Origin: a virus | Lineage: Duplodnaviria > Heunggongvirae > Uroviricota > Caudoviricetes | Length of the DNA stretch: 64,000 nt | IMG/VR virus record: IMGVR_UViG_2778261571_000004 | Strand: one strand, 5' to 3' | Part shown: positions 53,901 to 63,011 of the stretch, piece after piece | Layout of the letters: every line of letters begins with the position of its first letter | How positions within the stretch are numbered: the stretch's first letter is position 1 | Program-made: the position numbers and the translations under genes | The notes under the pieces: generated by a model | Seen by the model: the letters and a program-made list of their open reading frames with translations, nothing else | What the model was told of the DNA's origin: nothing | Databases searched by the model: none

Positions 53901-54407
53901 CGCTGTAATCAGTGTGCTTATGATTTTTGCAAAATCGTTGCGTTGGAACACGCTACCGATGTCGGAAGTAAGCAGGATGATGTTGCCTTTGGCATATGTA
54001 GAAACCAACTGTTCGAGCGAGAGACGCGGTACAAAGTAGAACTGTTCTCGTGTGTTGGCCACCGTCATTAGTTCGCAGATGTCGCGATATCCTTGCTCAT
54101 TTTTAATTAGAGCGGTAAATGAGTAGTTACGTCCCCGCTCTAATGATTCCATACATCTCATAGATTCTTTAGCAAGTTTAGCCCGGTGCTCGTATGTGGG
54201 ATCATCAACAATGTTTAGTTTCACACCACAAATAACCGCCATGTCGTCACCAGCGGCACGTTGTAGTGGAATAACGCTCGCAATATTCATGCTATCTGCT
54301 GAAATTACAGCGGTGTAGCCAGCTTCTCTGGCAATCTTCACCGCGTTTTCTGCTTTTAGAGCCGACTCCCCAAGTGAGAAGTCAGTTCGAACCATCAGTG
54401 CCTTCAT
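50901..54407 (-). CDS. dnaE: DNA polymerase III alpha subunit homolog (DnaE-type, PHP domain)
   Basis: 1168 aa; Pol III alpha signature GRGSSAGSLVAWCIGIT and PHP N-terminus. Confidence 0.9.
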   Translation of the reverse strand: MKALMVRTDFSLGESALKAENAVKIAREAGYTAVISADSMNIASVIPLQRAAGDDMAVICGVKLNIVDDPTYEHRAKLAKESMRCMESLERGRNYSFTALIKNEQGYRDICELMTVANTREQFYFVPRLSLEQLVSTYAKGNIILLTSDIGSVFQRNDFAKIISTLITAGGKDNFYSVVYPHPTPFYDQINVRAMKVASALKIEPVAFYPAYYESIDDADIKDIAHMVTNNIKIDQPHRLRIPHQRDNAINGRRHLLEALKAFSVRMDVPVTAAMASTTQDSIIDACTWRWHELPPALPKMADDEPATLMKLAVAGLRKRLTTKEFGYTPPASENRVYVERLKYEMNTLTRLGFCGYFLMVRDLMNHSRETGIPVGPGRGSSAGSLVAWCIGITNVDPIRHGLLFERFINPERLDLPDADLDFSQARRHEVIEYLNERYGEDYVAGIPNFTYLGAASALRDTARIYGVESADMAVSKELKNVEDDSLPLEELREQLASLDKYATKYPDAFNAACKLQSLMRGFGRHAAGMIVAGVPLTERTPVERRGDARCIAFDKRYCEAMGLIKLDVLGLATLDLLDSAKRYIKENTGEDINLDAISLEDRKVLDGFAAGYTQGVFQLESGPMRKLLKDLGGGIEPMSFKTVVATTALFRPGPIQSGMLDDYVSVAKGFMAPHSIHPRLEEVTRETNGVLLYQEQIMQSSRVLAGFSMAEADALRSAIGKKNMDKMKAIGSDFVERAQAGWVTLSLKNGGTVEVHKHAKLDCSDGKRRSYSEAISDGIDYVEIVSEQEGLSKEKAQEIWDAFEKFGGYAFNKSHSVAYSLISYQSMWLKTHYPAEFFAAALTILGEDKHQGLVKDALTYGIRVLPPDVNVSSNRIEIRTLEDGSQALYAPFSAVKGCSENGCQAIMRAREKVGGKFESVAQFDEAVEKRACNSRVRESLHKVGAFASIEPGSLPATDPERLRDQAELMGNLIIDAVKASRPFEMNPKRSAEINVLMTRMAAEMGLGEELIRPTIGIKPKIMIILDNANGNDARTGYFMENGYDDFKAKLLTVGDLRMGDLYVTGVCKKVKDKEKDYTKDEIGQFTDFIREEINLVRPTYILTCGSRSTALFNNKSKPSDLIGRKEYFPELDATVFYGFNPNILYFRPEEGERLEAILADIAETINK

Positions 54408-54586
54408 GTGTTTTTACCTTTCTGGTTTTTTTTGATTTTGTCATTGGGGAAGCCTACGAACTTCCCATGCATCGAAATCGCAACTTCTTTTGCTGATTGG
54501 TGACAATCGGGCTTGTCTGGACACACCAGACAAGCCTTACCAGTTTCAGAAGCAGCGATAAGAGAGCCGAAACATCCTTTACGCAC
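54404..54586 (-). CDS. possible small zinc-ribbon protein (60 aa), doubtful
   Basis: C-x13-C-x2-C-x5-C; GTG start without SD; Cys codons lie in a perfect 11-bp inverted repeat. Confidence 0.2.
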   Translation of the reverse strand: MRKGCFGSLIAASETGKACLVCPDKPDCHQSAKEVAISMHGKFVGFPNDKIKKNQKGKNT

Positions 54587-54588
54587 GA

Positions 54589-55824
54589 TTAACCAAATAT
54601 TTTTTGAACAACTTCACGAGCCGCTTGTGCAGAAGCTGAAGGGAGTTTGTTAATGAAAGAACGCTCAATACCTGTCACAAAGTCGCCTCGCATCATTCCA
54701 ATCTTGGCCGACAACAAAAGTTCACGAGGGCCAATTGGCTGACTAATAAGGTGTTCTTCGTATCCATCGCGAACGATACCGGCAAACTTAACCATCTTTT
54801 CAGCGTATTCATCCACGATGCCTGCATTTGTCAACATGTTGATCTCTGCGTCTTTGCTCATGTATTTCACATTCGAAACGATGCCAAAACGCGAAAAGTT
54901 CGCGGCGTTCTGGATGTTTGTACCCTGGTACAAGCCGGTTTCATCACCAGATCCGTTCGTGTTGCCAGTGCCAATGAAAGCAAACCGTTCATGCGGAGTA
55001 ATGCGACGCCATTCTGGAGTTGCCTCTTTGATGACCAACGCTTCACCTTCCAGCACTGGCTGATACACGCCAAGAATCTGTGGAAACGCAAAGTCGTATT
55101 CATCCGCGAGGTAAACCCAGCCATGCTTCATTGCGAGCGCAAGCAAGCCAGGCTCGAAATACGTAGAGCCATCACGCGCCAGAATTTGCCCCGTAACATG
55201 TGCCTCTTCCATTGATGCTGTATGTTGGGCACGGATCAACGGACGATTGAGCAAAGCACATAGTTGTGTAGGCAATGACGATTTGCCTGTTCCTGCATGA
55301 CCCCACAAATAGCCAGGTATGCCAAGTTCAAGCATCATGAAAATGTCTTTGATCAGTTCGAAGTCGCCATATACGTAGCCCTTCTTCACTTCTGGAACGA
55401 ACTCTGGAAACGGCGTATTGACGTTGACGCTAACCATGAGCGGCGTCCCACGTTTTGTTCCGAGTTCTTTCACCGTTACATTTAGCAGTTCGTGAGCTGC
55501 GACCAGATCTGTCTTGTACTCAACTGTGCCTGTGTAGCCTGGGCTACTGGTCACGCCAGATGATTTGGCCATTTCGCTTTTTTGCTCGGCACGTTTAGCT
55601 TGAATTGCATCAAGTGCCTTTTTCGATAGCGTTGGCTCATCTGGAAACTGTGTTGTGTACATTTTCAGTACGGTGTCAGGATCGGCATCTTTTACTGACT
55701 CAGGAATGCCCTCGCAATTACCATTGGCTACATGGGACTTAAAATAGTGAAATGATTTTCCGCACCACTTGCAAACAAGGTAATCAGAAGGATTTTTTTC
55801 ATTTTGCAGTGCAGTAGTCGTCAT
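54589..55824 (-). CDS. AAA+ ATPase, CobS/MoxR-like
   Basis: Walker A GHAGTGKS, Walker B VYLADE; paired with downstream vWA protein. Confidence 0.65.
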   Translation of the reverse strand: MTTTALQNEKNPSDYLVCKWCGKSFHYFKSHVANGNCEGIPESVKDADPDTVLKMYTTQFPDEPTLSKKALDAIQAKRAEQKSEMAKSSGVTSSPGYTGTVEYKTDLVAAHELLNVTVKELGTKRGTPLMVSVNVNTPFPEFVPEVKKGYVYGDFELIKDIFMMLELGIPGYLWGHAGTGKSSLPTQLCALLNRPLIRAQHTASMEEAHVTGQILARDGSTYFEPGLLALAMKHGWVYLADEYDFAFPQILGVYQPVLEGEALVIKEATPEWRRITPHERFAFIGTGNTNGSGDETGLYQGTNIQNAANFSRFGIVSNVKYMSKDAEINMLTNAGIVDEYAEKMVKFAGIVRDGYEEHLISQPIGPRELLLSAKIGMMRGDFVTGIERSFINKLPSASAQAAREVVQKIFG

Positions 55825-55882
55825 GCGTTTTTCCTTTGTTCTCTAATGAGCGTTCAACTTCTTATATAAATATATCATCATC

Positions 55883-55903
55883 TATCGTAAGTGGTTACTT
55901 ATC
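55883..55903 (-). promoter_or_regulatory. motif-2 palindrome (GTAAGT-ggt-TACTTATC) upstream of CobS-like gene, approximate
   Basis: Inverted repeat in intergenic region. Confidence 0.35.
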
Positions 55904-55919
55904 ATTAAGGCTGTTTTGT

Positions 55920-58028
55920 TCACTTTAAAATGATACGAGATAGTTCAGTAACTACAGATGAACCAAGACTATCAACGCTCGTTACCAGGGCATGATTTGA
56001 GTAAAATCTCTCCGGTGCGTCAGTCATGATGCCAATTGCCATCAAATCAATATCAGTCTGCGTTTCAATTTGCTTCGCAACTGAACGCAAATGAGCGTCA
56101 AAACCTCTCCCAACAGCCCACGGCGCGCCATCACTCAGAACAAGCATGATCTTCCTGTCCTCCATGCGACCGGAAAATAACGATGCAAGGCTGGCTATGC
56201 TTTCACCATCCACGTTATTAAGAAGTGGGAATGTGTACCCTACGCACCCCATACGTGAGCGAACTTCGCGAGAATTTACCTTTTCATTCCAATTTTTGAT
56301 GATAGGTAGCATTAAAGATTCAAAGCGAGAGAACTCATACTTGACAGCCTTAAGTTCTCCTGCCGCCATATGACTACCAAATGTAGTGAAGCCGGTGATA
56401 ATGTTGGGAACATTTATTCGATCAAGGGCATCGGCGATGGTATATGCACTTGCAAGAGCCAGTTTAATCGTTATACCACTCATTGAACCTGATAAATCAA
56501 TCACTTGTTGAACACAGGCGTTAACGGCTTTAGATTCTTCTTTTTTACGAAACACGCGAGCATCATTCATTGCTAATCTGTAGATACTAGAACCATGAAT
56601 GCGCCCCCGACGCTGGCCCGGTATAAACTGAACTCTGTTTCTGCTTGCTATTGCTCGCTCCAGGTCTTTTGCCAGCGTCGACGAAACACCTGACGAAAGA
56701 TGCTTTTCAATATATTTGTCGAAGAGCTGGTTGCCTTCAGAAACGATGCGATAGCGGCTGATTGGACATCCTCCTAAATCAATATCGGAGAATGTTTTAA
56801 TAAGCCGTTTGATATGGGCTTCTGCCTGATCAATCGAGCCGATGAAGTCGTATGAGCGATTGTATGGCCTGTATTCGCTTTTCGAGCTTTCTGTTAACTC
56901 GCTTTTAATCGTTTCGGATAGAGCATCTTCTGTCATGCCTCCGACTTCATCTTCTATGCTATCCAGCTCCTCTAAAGCCTCTTCCAGACTCATTTTTGAC
57001 GGAGTTGGAATATCTGAAGAGCCGTCTTCTGTCGTTTTTCTTTTTTCGTGGTCAGCGGTTAATGATTCTGACGCCGCGTTATCAGAAGCATCAGAATCTG
57101 ATACCTCTTTATCATTTTCTGTATCATCGAATATTGTTTCTGATGATTCAGAATTATCTGAATCATCGCTGTCGTTATTATCATGTTTGTGCTTACTGTG
57201 TGATTCTGATTTGATAGATTTGTGATTATCTAACGCTGAGGGTGTCTCATGATCTTCGTTGTCTTCATTGTTTTCTCCAGAGGCATCCGTCTGGTCAGCG
57301 TCTGAAGGATCGGAAGTTTTTCCCGGAGCTGACTCCTTACCTTTGCTTTCACTTTCAGTGTCTTTGAGGATCTTAGCTATGGTCGCAGCCACCTTTACAC
57401 AATCCTCGGTGCAAGACATGTTACGCACGGCCACATCGATACCATGTTCTTTTAATAATGAAATTGGTTTCTCAATGACAGGCCAATATTCATCCATGAA
57501 ATCTACGAACGGTGCTTGGCCATCCCAGGCTCTTACAACCGGACAGAGAAAGAAGTTTAGAAAAAGCGCGCGCTGATCTTTGCCACAATAAGCAATAGCC
57601 TCTGAAGCCTTTGGTTTAAAGACTTTTTCGATTATAAGGCGCTGAGTTGCCATCAGATTACGTCTTGTTCCGTTAAAGATCTGACCCATTTTTCGCTCGA
57701 TGAACACGTCTTCTAAGGCATTCCATAGCGACCAGGAAGGAACGCGTCCTTTTTCTCTCATTTTGTTGGACACACGAATATCGGTAAACAAAATGTGAGC
57801 AACCTCATGATCGAGAAATCCGCGCACAGCATTCATCAATGCCGGTGTTGCGTTATCCGGGATTGATGGGATGTTTACGAGAATTGGCTCTCCATCATCG
57901 TTATAGCGTACATAAGCGTCGTCCCCTCGTTCTGCAACAGGGATGTTTTTACCTGAAAGGAGAGCGACTACTCGTTTTACACTGTCACGGAAGTCCTGAA
58001 CCTCTTTGATGGAACGTTTTTTAGACAT
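55920..58028 (-). CDS. von Willebrand factor A domain protein, CobT-like, with acidic low-complexity central region
   Basis: MIDAS-like DLSGSMSG near C-terminal third; D/E/S-rich stretch. Confidence 0.6.
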   Translation of the reverse strand: MSKKRSIKEVQDFRDSVKRVVALLSGKNIPVAERGDDAYVRYNDDGEPILVNIPSIPDNATPALMNAVRGFLDHEVAHILFTDIRVSNKMREKGRVPSWSLWNALEDVFIERKMGQIFNGTRRNLMATQRLIIEKVFKPKASEAIAYCGKDQRALFLNFFLCPVVRAWDGQAPFVDFMDEYWPVIEKPISLLKEHGIDVAVRNMSCTEDCVKVAATIAKILKDTESESKGKESAPGKTSDPSDADQTDASGENNEDNEDHETPSALDNHKSIKSESHSKHKHDNNDSDDSDNSESSETIFDDTENDKEVSDSDASDNAASESLTADHEKRKTTEDGSSDIPTPSKMSLEEALEELDSIEDEVGGMTEDALSETIKSELTESSKSEYRPYNRSYDFIGSIDQAEAHIKRLIKTFSDIDLGGCPISRYRIVSEGNQLFDKYIEKHLSSGVSSTLAKDLERAIASRNRVQFIPGQRRGRIHGSSIYRLAMNDARVFRKKEESKAVNACVQQVIDLSGSMSGITIKLALASAYTIADALDRINVPNIITGFTTFGSHMAAGELKAVKYEFSRFESLMLPIIKNWNEKVNSREVRSRMGCVGYTFPLLNNVDGESIASLASLFSGRMEDRKIMLVLSDGAPWAVGRGFDAHLRSVAKQIETQTDIDLMAIGIMTDAPERFYSNHALVTSVDSLGSSVVTELSRIILK

Positions 58029-58039
58029 GGCTAATCCTT

Positions 58040-58056
58040 TGTTATGAAAACAAATT
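58040..58056 (-). promoter_or_regulatory. degenerate motif-1 (AAAACAAATTATTT), approximate
   Basis: 5' of CobT-like start. Confidence 0.3.
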
Positions 58057-58126
58057 ATTTACTAGTGTGTTTAATGTAGCACTGCGCGAACAGGGAACTA
58101 AGCCATTCGCGCAGGGAGAAGAGGGG

Positions 58127-58339
58127 TTAACAGATTCTGACGGCTAAAGACCCGGAGCCGGTATTGAGAAGCGTGAAGCGTTTGTTGTTAAGTTCGAATA
58201 TAAATCCAGTTGTGTCATTCACACCAACCTGAATCTGCTCATTCGGTAGATCGGTGAGGATGTCAGCTACACACTCATCAGCTAATTTCTGTACGTGTCC
58301 GATCTCAAGAGCGATTAGGCTGGAAATAGTGGTGTTCAT
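58127..58339 (-). CDS. small hypothetical protein (70 aa)
   Basis: Divergent from HTH regulator; weak SD. Confidence 0.3.
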   Translation of the reverse strand: MNTTISSLIALEIGHVQKLADECVADILTDLPNEQIQVGVNDTTGFIFELNNKRFTLLNTGSGSLAVRIC

Positions 58340-58545
58340 TCAATCAATCCATTCTAACTTATACTATGGTAAGGAATACTACTAAAATTTGTATCAATAC
58401 TGAATACATTCATATCATATGCAAGTTGATTTTCTTACCTGTTTTGGGCTAATTTTTCTCCGTGCAATGGCCTTTAACCGGTCTTTTAAGTGCCTATCGA
58501 AAAAAATGATAATAGCTTTACAACCCTAACCTTTGATGTAATATC

Positions 58546-58561
58546 GGTAAGCACTTACCAG
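58546..58561 (+). promoter_or_regulatory. motif-2 palindrome (GGTAAG-ca-CTTACC) about 30 nt upstream of the HTH regulator gene, approximate
   Basis: Perfect 6-bp arms. Confidence 0.45.
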
Positions 58562-58590
58562 AGAGAATTGAACGCGCAAAGGTTGTAACC

Positions 58591-58977
58591 ATGTCTGATA
58601 ACAAGATTGAATTTATAGAAAGTCGCTACGCTGCTTTTATCGCAGGGTTGATTGAATCCTCACCTATGAGCCAGGCCCAGATAGCCAAAACAATTGGGTA
58701 TAAAAACGCCAACAACCTTTCTTTAATTAAAAGCGGCAAAATTCCTTTGCCTATCGATAAGGTTCGTCCGCTGGCGCTGGCACTGGGTATTGAGCCAAGT
58801 CGTCTTATGATGATGGTGCTGGAAGAACGCCAACCTGAACTCGCAGCATTTTTATACAAAGAAGGCACCGCTCCTCTTAACGAGGACGAAAAACAGGTTC
58901 TTGCTGCATATAACGAGCGATTCGGTAAAGAGAAAGGCGCATCACAAAAGGTTGTTGAGGCCATAAAGTCTCTATGA
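58591..58977 (+). CDS. HTH (XRE-family) transcriptional regulator, repressor-like
   Basis: SQAQIAKTIGYKNANNLSLIKSGK helix-turn-helix; plus-strand, convergent with integrase. Confidence 0.6.
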   Translation: MSDNKIEFIESRYAAFIAGLIESSPMSQAQIAKTIGYKNANNLSLIKSGKIPLPIDKVRPLALALGIEPSRLMMMVLEERQPELAAFLYKEGTAPLNEDEKQVLAAYNERFGKEKGASQKVVEAIKSL

Positions 58978-60075
58978 AAAATTTACACGAATAAGCTCTG
59001 TTGATAGACGATCTCCCTTAAATTTGTGGTCAATTTCGTCTAAATCCGGTTGCTCTACGATTGATGCGATGTACGTCGAGAAACTTTCTAAGGCGTCTCG
59101 CATCTCGTCCATATAATCGTGCCGGTCGTAGACCCGATCTATCCCCTCAAGACTGTGGTTCATGATTTTACGTGATACCTCCTGGCTTATGCCTAATGCT
59201 GGGAAGTAACTACGCGCAGTACGGCGCAAATCTCGGGGTGTAAATGGCTCAAGCTCCATCAGTTCTGGTCGTTCCAGAATACGACGTAATGCCTGGGCTA
59301 TTGCCACTTTAGACATAGGAAGGTCTTTCCCGATTTTTTTATTCGAAGGCACGAGCCACTGGCTGTCTTTACCATATTCGAACAACTCTTCAATACAAGT
59401 GCGCATTAATGAGCTTAAAGGCAGAGAATGCTCACGGGCAGATTTGTTCCTCTTGCCTTGATTCCAAACCCCACGCTTAAGATTGAACTCACTTTTTTTA
59501 GCCCGCAGTACTTCGTCAGGTCGTCTTGCGGATACAAGACATAGCCTGGCAGCCCATTTTGTACCAGCACACACATTGAAGTAGTCCCATATATTCCAGA
59601 ACACCCATACCTCTGCGTCGGTCAGCTTCCGCTCGCGAGGTGTGGGCTTTGCGCCACCGGCAACTTTGTTAAGTGACATATCGTTTAACGGTGACACGTC
59701 TATCATCCCCTGGAAGGCGCACCAGCTAAGGAACTGCTTCATCAGAGAGAAAACGCGGCGGCCCATAACAATTTTGCCATCCAGTATTAGTGGGTTGACC
59801 AGTTGGTTCACCATGAACCTATTAATGTCACTTACTTTTACATCGGCAATGTGCGGCAAAACATGTATCAAAATACAATGAACAGCGATCTCTGGCCGAC
59901 GTCTGGTTATCAGCAGAGATAAGCGAGTGAATAACATGAATGCGTCCGAGAATCTCATGTCATTGCTAACCTGCGAGATCATAACGGCCTGCATTTGAGA
60001 TGCTCTTTCGAGATACTCTATCGCCTCTTTTGAGGTGTTCTCCGCAGCGCGTGCTCTGTCAAAGCTATTTTTCAT
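58972..60075 (-). CDS. tyrosine recombinase / integrase
   Basis: C-terminal catalytic blocks (ARRPDE, RDLRRTA, NHS, VYDRHDY). Confidence 0.65.
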   Translation of the reverse strand: MKNSFDRARAAENTSKEAIEYLERASQMQAVMISQVSNDMRFSDAFMLFTRLSLLITRRRPEIAVHCILIHVLPHIADVKVSDINRFMVNQLVNPLILDGKIVMGRRVFSLMKQFLSWCAFQGMIDVSPLNDMSLNKVAGGAKPTPRERKLTDAEVWVFWNIWDYFNVCAGTKWAARLCLVSARRPDEVLRAKKSEFNLKRGVWNQGKRNKSAREHSLPLSSLMRTCIEELFEYGKDSQWLVPSNKKIGKDLPMSKVAIAQALRRILERPELMELEPFTPRDLRRTARSYFPALGISQEVSRKIMNHSLEGIDRVYDRHDYMDEMRDALESFSTYIASIVEQPDLDEIDHKFKGDRLSTELIRVNFS

Positions 60076-60171
60076 ATGACAATCACCGAGTTACGCCGAT
60101 GCACTGTATAAGTAAACAGTATATTAGGCATAGATTCTTATAGGATCAAGAGTAAAAGTAACTCATTTTCA

Positions 60172-60206
60172 GCAATGATTCCATACATAGTAGGTATGGA
60201 ATCATT
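60172..60206. promoter_or_regulatory. perfect 12-bp-arm palindrome ATGATTCCATAC-N7-GTATGGAATCAT upstream of integrase, approximate
   Basis: Half-site ATGTATGGAATCATTT recurs at about 61987..62007 and 62997..63017. Confidence 0.4.
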
Positions 60207-60285
60207 TTGACGTTGTTTTTTGAATTTTAAGGGAAACGGGAGTGAGTTTGGTGGGAATAAAAACGGCTCCTGTGAGCCGTTAAAA

Positions 60286-60531
60286 TCAGAGGGTGCTGAC
60301 GTATGCAGCCAGTTCTGTGTATCCGCCAATCGGCTGGCCATCGATCAGCACTTGGGGGATAGTCTCTACCGGTTTACCAACAATTTCACTTAGTTTTTCC
60401 TTGTCGATACCGGCAGTGGTGATGTCGATGTACTCATAATCACCGTAGCCATGTCCCTTTAGTTGCTTCGCCAGCTCGACCGCACGTTTGCAGTATGAGC
60501 AGTTATCTCGTCCGTAGATAGTGATCGTCAT
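60286..60531 (-). CDS. glutaredoxin (phage NrdC-like)
   Basis: CSYC active site, PQVLIDGQPIGGY glutathione-binding-type motif; ATGA coupling with upstream gene. Confidence 0.75.
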   Translation of the reverse strand: MTITIYGRDNCSYCKRAVELAKQLKGHGYGDYEYIDITTAGIDKEKLSEIVGKPVETIPQVLIDGQPIGGYTELAAYVSTL

Positions 60532-60878
60532 TGCTTTGCCTCATGCCACTTTTGCTTCAGGAGATAGCCTTCCAGGGGCCAGATTTGATCGATAGCATCT
60601 TTTCGAGCGTACTCGCGACCAACATCAAAGTTGAAGATTTCTGGTCTTACGCACGCAGATTTTCCCGTTACGGTATATCCATTTTTGAGAACCATAACGC
60701 AGAACGTTAAGAGTTTTAACGACTCATGACATTTGTCGATATCTGTTTTTGAATTGTAAACGGAGATGAAGTTATCCCCGTGGCTGGCATCATATGCAGT
60801 GAAATAATGTTCACTTTGAATGAGTTGTTCAATGTGTTCAGGGGTGACTTTTAGTGGTGTGTTATCTTTGCTGGTCAT
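60528..60878 (-). CDS. hypothetical protein (116 aa)
   Basis: AGGAAG SD. Confidence 0.5.
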   Translation of the reverse strand: MTSKDNTPLKVTPEHIEQLIQSEHYFTAYDASHGDNFISVYNSKTDIDKCHESLKLLTFCVMVLKNGYTVTGKSACVRPEIFNFDVGREYARKDAIDQIWPLEGYLLKQKWHEAKQ

Positions 60879-60921
60879 TATTTCTTCCTACAAAGTTCGT
60901 AGACTTGACTCTTTCAGTTGC

Positions 60922-60950
60922 AAAAAAGGGGCCGAAGCCCCTTTGAATTT
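60922..60950. terminator. hairpin terminator (ggggcc gaa gcccc flanked by A-run and T-run), approximate
   Basis: Direct reading. Confidence 0.5.
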
Positions 60951-61100
60951 TGCGCTGAAAAAAAGTGTTGCTAGGATGTTAGCAAGCTATGGTTAAGAAC
61001 GTCTGCCGTAATTGTCTATCACAGCGTTGAGCGGTCTGGTTTATGTTAGCGGAGTCTTAATCTGGGTGATTAAAAGGCCAAACCGCTCAACGCTGTGTCT

Positions 61101-61186
61101 GGCGGAGAGTAATGGAATCGAACCATCATCGCTTGCGCAATGGGACGGTTTTCAAGACCGCTTGAGCACCATGCTCCCTACTCTCC
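61101..61186 (-). tRNA. tRNA-Ser (anticodon UGA), type II with long variable arm, approximate
   Basis: GGTTCGATTCC T-loop, CUUGAAA anticodon loop, 7-bp acceptor pairing, encoded CCA; hand-folded. Confidence 0.55.
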
Positions 61187-61550
61187 GGCCGTTGTGGTGG
61201 CCGGTACTGAATCTCCGGCATACGGTGCAGCCAATTAGGACTACGGACGATCACCGCTCGCGAAAGGGAAGATTTGCGGCCGCATTTCCCTAACATCCAA
61301 GAAAGCTATCGCATCAGTCTGCGAATCCACCACAACGGTAAGATCACTACCTTTCGACCAGTCATTGTGCACATGAACGACGATTAACCGTAATGATCTT
61401 ATCGTTGTGTTGTGAAGCCAGATGCTTATCTTCTGGTTGCTTCAAAGAGCTGCACTTCCTCACAACGGTAAGAGCACTGGTCTGACTCTATCGATTTACG
61501 GGCTTGTGGGTCAGTATCGCCGATTCGCCCAATGCTCTTACCTGTTGTGT

Positions 61551-61626
61551 TGGTGCCGGTTAACGGGATCGAACCGCTGACATCCTGCTTACAAGGCAGA
61601 CGCTCTACCAACTGAGCTAAACCGGC
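61551..61626 (-). tRNA. tRNA-Thr (anticodon UGU), approximate
   Basis: GCCGGTT acceptor, D-arm GCTCAGTTGGTAGAGC, anticodon loop CUUGUAA, GGTTCGATCC, CCA. Confidence 0.65.
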
Positions 61627-61630
61627 AATT

Positions 61631-61717
61631 TGGTGGGGAGTGATGGAGTCGAACCACCCGAGTCGCAATGACAGTAGATTTACAGTCTACCCCGCTGCCC
61701 CTACGGACTAACTCCCC
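61631..61717 (-). tRNA. tRNA-Tyr (anticodon GUA), type II, approximate
   Basis: Anticodon loop CUGUAAA, long variable arm, GGTTCGACTCC, CCA. Confidence 0.6.
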
Positions 61718-61722
61718 TAAAT

Positions 61723-61797
61723 TGGCGATGGTGGGTGGATTCGAACCACCGACCAGTTGGTTAACAGCCAACTGCTCTACCGCTGAGCTACACCATC
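61723..61797 (-). tRNA. tRNA-Asn (anticodon GUU), approximate
   Basis: GATGGTG acceptor, GCTCAGCGGTAGAGC D-arm, anticodon loop CUGUUAA, GGTTCGAATCC, CCA; sequence differs from E. coli tRNA-Asn as I recall it. Confidence 0.7.
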
Positions 61798-62546
61798 AAT
61801 TCAGCACTGCCAGTATTTATTACTCAACAGTGCCAATCGCGACGGTTTAGTTTCTGCCAGGAAACGCACCGCTACTTGCACTTTTCGTTAGTGCCAGACG
61901 CTTTCGACTTCGCTCAATAGTAGAAGGCAAAATCTTTAAGTAGATGATGTTTCTGAGGACAGCACCTACTTTGTAATTTATACAATGTGATGTATGGAAT
62001 CATTTGTTGTGAAAACAGGCACCAATGGCAACAGTGGTTAAACCTACACAACAATCCTGTCTTCACAACGTTGAGGCCACTACTCCGATTGAATGTTTGC
62101 CCAACATGTTACATATCAACGCTCGCCGGTATCTCTGTGAATAGAACCTTAGAATTGATAAAAATGTAATGGCCTCAACGTTGTGTGCTGGCTAACCATA
62201 CCAGCCGGGCTACGTCGCCGCTTTTTAACCCAGTATAAACGACATAATTGAACAAAATGACGTAACAGGATGGGCGGTCAGTGGCTAAGAATCCGGGAGT
62301 CATATGGAGTTGAAAATATACCAACCGCCCATTCTGTTACTTCATCGGAGGGAACATGAATGTTCCCTCCTGCGTTCTGCAATCACACTCGCTCAGTGTG
62401 TCCCATTTCGGTAACGAGGCTGGAAACTGACCTCGCTGGTGTTTGGCTTATTAGGCTACTGCCAGATAGACTTCTTCGTTTGCACTTGTATTTAAGTTCA
62501 AACAGTCGCGTCTCAACGAAAACAAAGTCATCTTATATATAAAAGA

Positions 62547-62570
62547 TAAGTAAGTAAATACTTATCACCA
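62547..62570 (-). promoter_or_regulatory. motif-2 palindrome (GATAAGTA-agtaaa-TACTTATC), approximate
   Basis: Perfect 8-bp arms. Confidence 0.4.
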
Positions 62571-62575
62571 TGTTT

Positions 62576-62866
62576 TTATTCGGTTGTGACTTTTTTGATC
62601 AAGGCCACTCTACGACTAGGTGTTCTTGTGATGGTGGCAGTGAATCGTTTCGCTTGGATAGTAATGGTTTCGTTCTCCTTAAGTTGCCCGTAGCGAGTTT
62701 CCACCAGGGTGCCAAGACGCCACAGACCATCATCGATACGTTTATGACTGGCAAATTTAATCAGCAGCAGTTTTACAACTAACTGACCTACGTAAAAGGC
62801 GAATGCGACTCCGGCCGCTAAGAAATAGGTGGCCAACCACCAGTCCCAAGAAGTTAAATTGCTCAT
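62576..62866 (-). CDS. membrane protein (N-terminal TM helix), hypothetical
   Basis: 96-aa ORF with hydrophobic N-terminus. Confidence 0.45.
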   Translation of the reverse strand: MSNLTSWDWWLATYFLAAGVAFAFYVGQLVVKLLLIKFASHKRIDDGLWRLGTLVETRYGQLKENETITIQAKRFTATITRTPSRRVALIKKVTTE

Positions 62867-63011
62867 TTTCTAACCTTTGTTTCATGAACTACCCGATACA
62901 CACGCTTTCCGATGCACAGTGTTTTGGTTTTAAGTTCCTGCTTAATTAAATCACGACAGATGCCGAAGCCGATAAGGAAGCCACCCATAAAAGCTAATGA
63001 GATGTATGGAA

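Noticed and set aside
60138-60341. 67-aa ORF
   Set aside because: Overlaps the well-supported glutaredoxin gene and the palindromic motif-3 region; low-complexity product.
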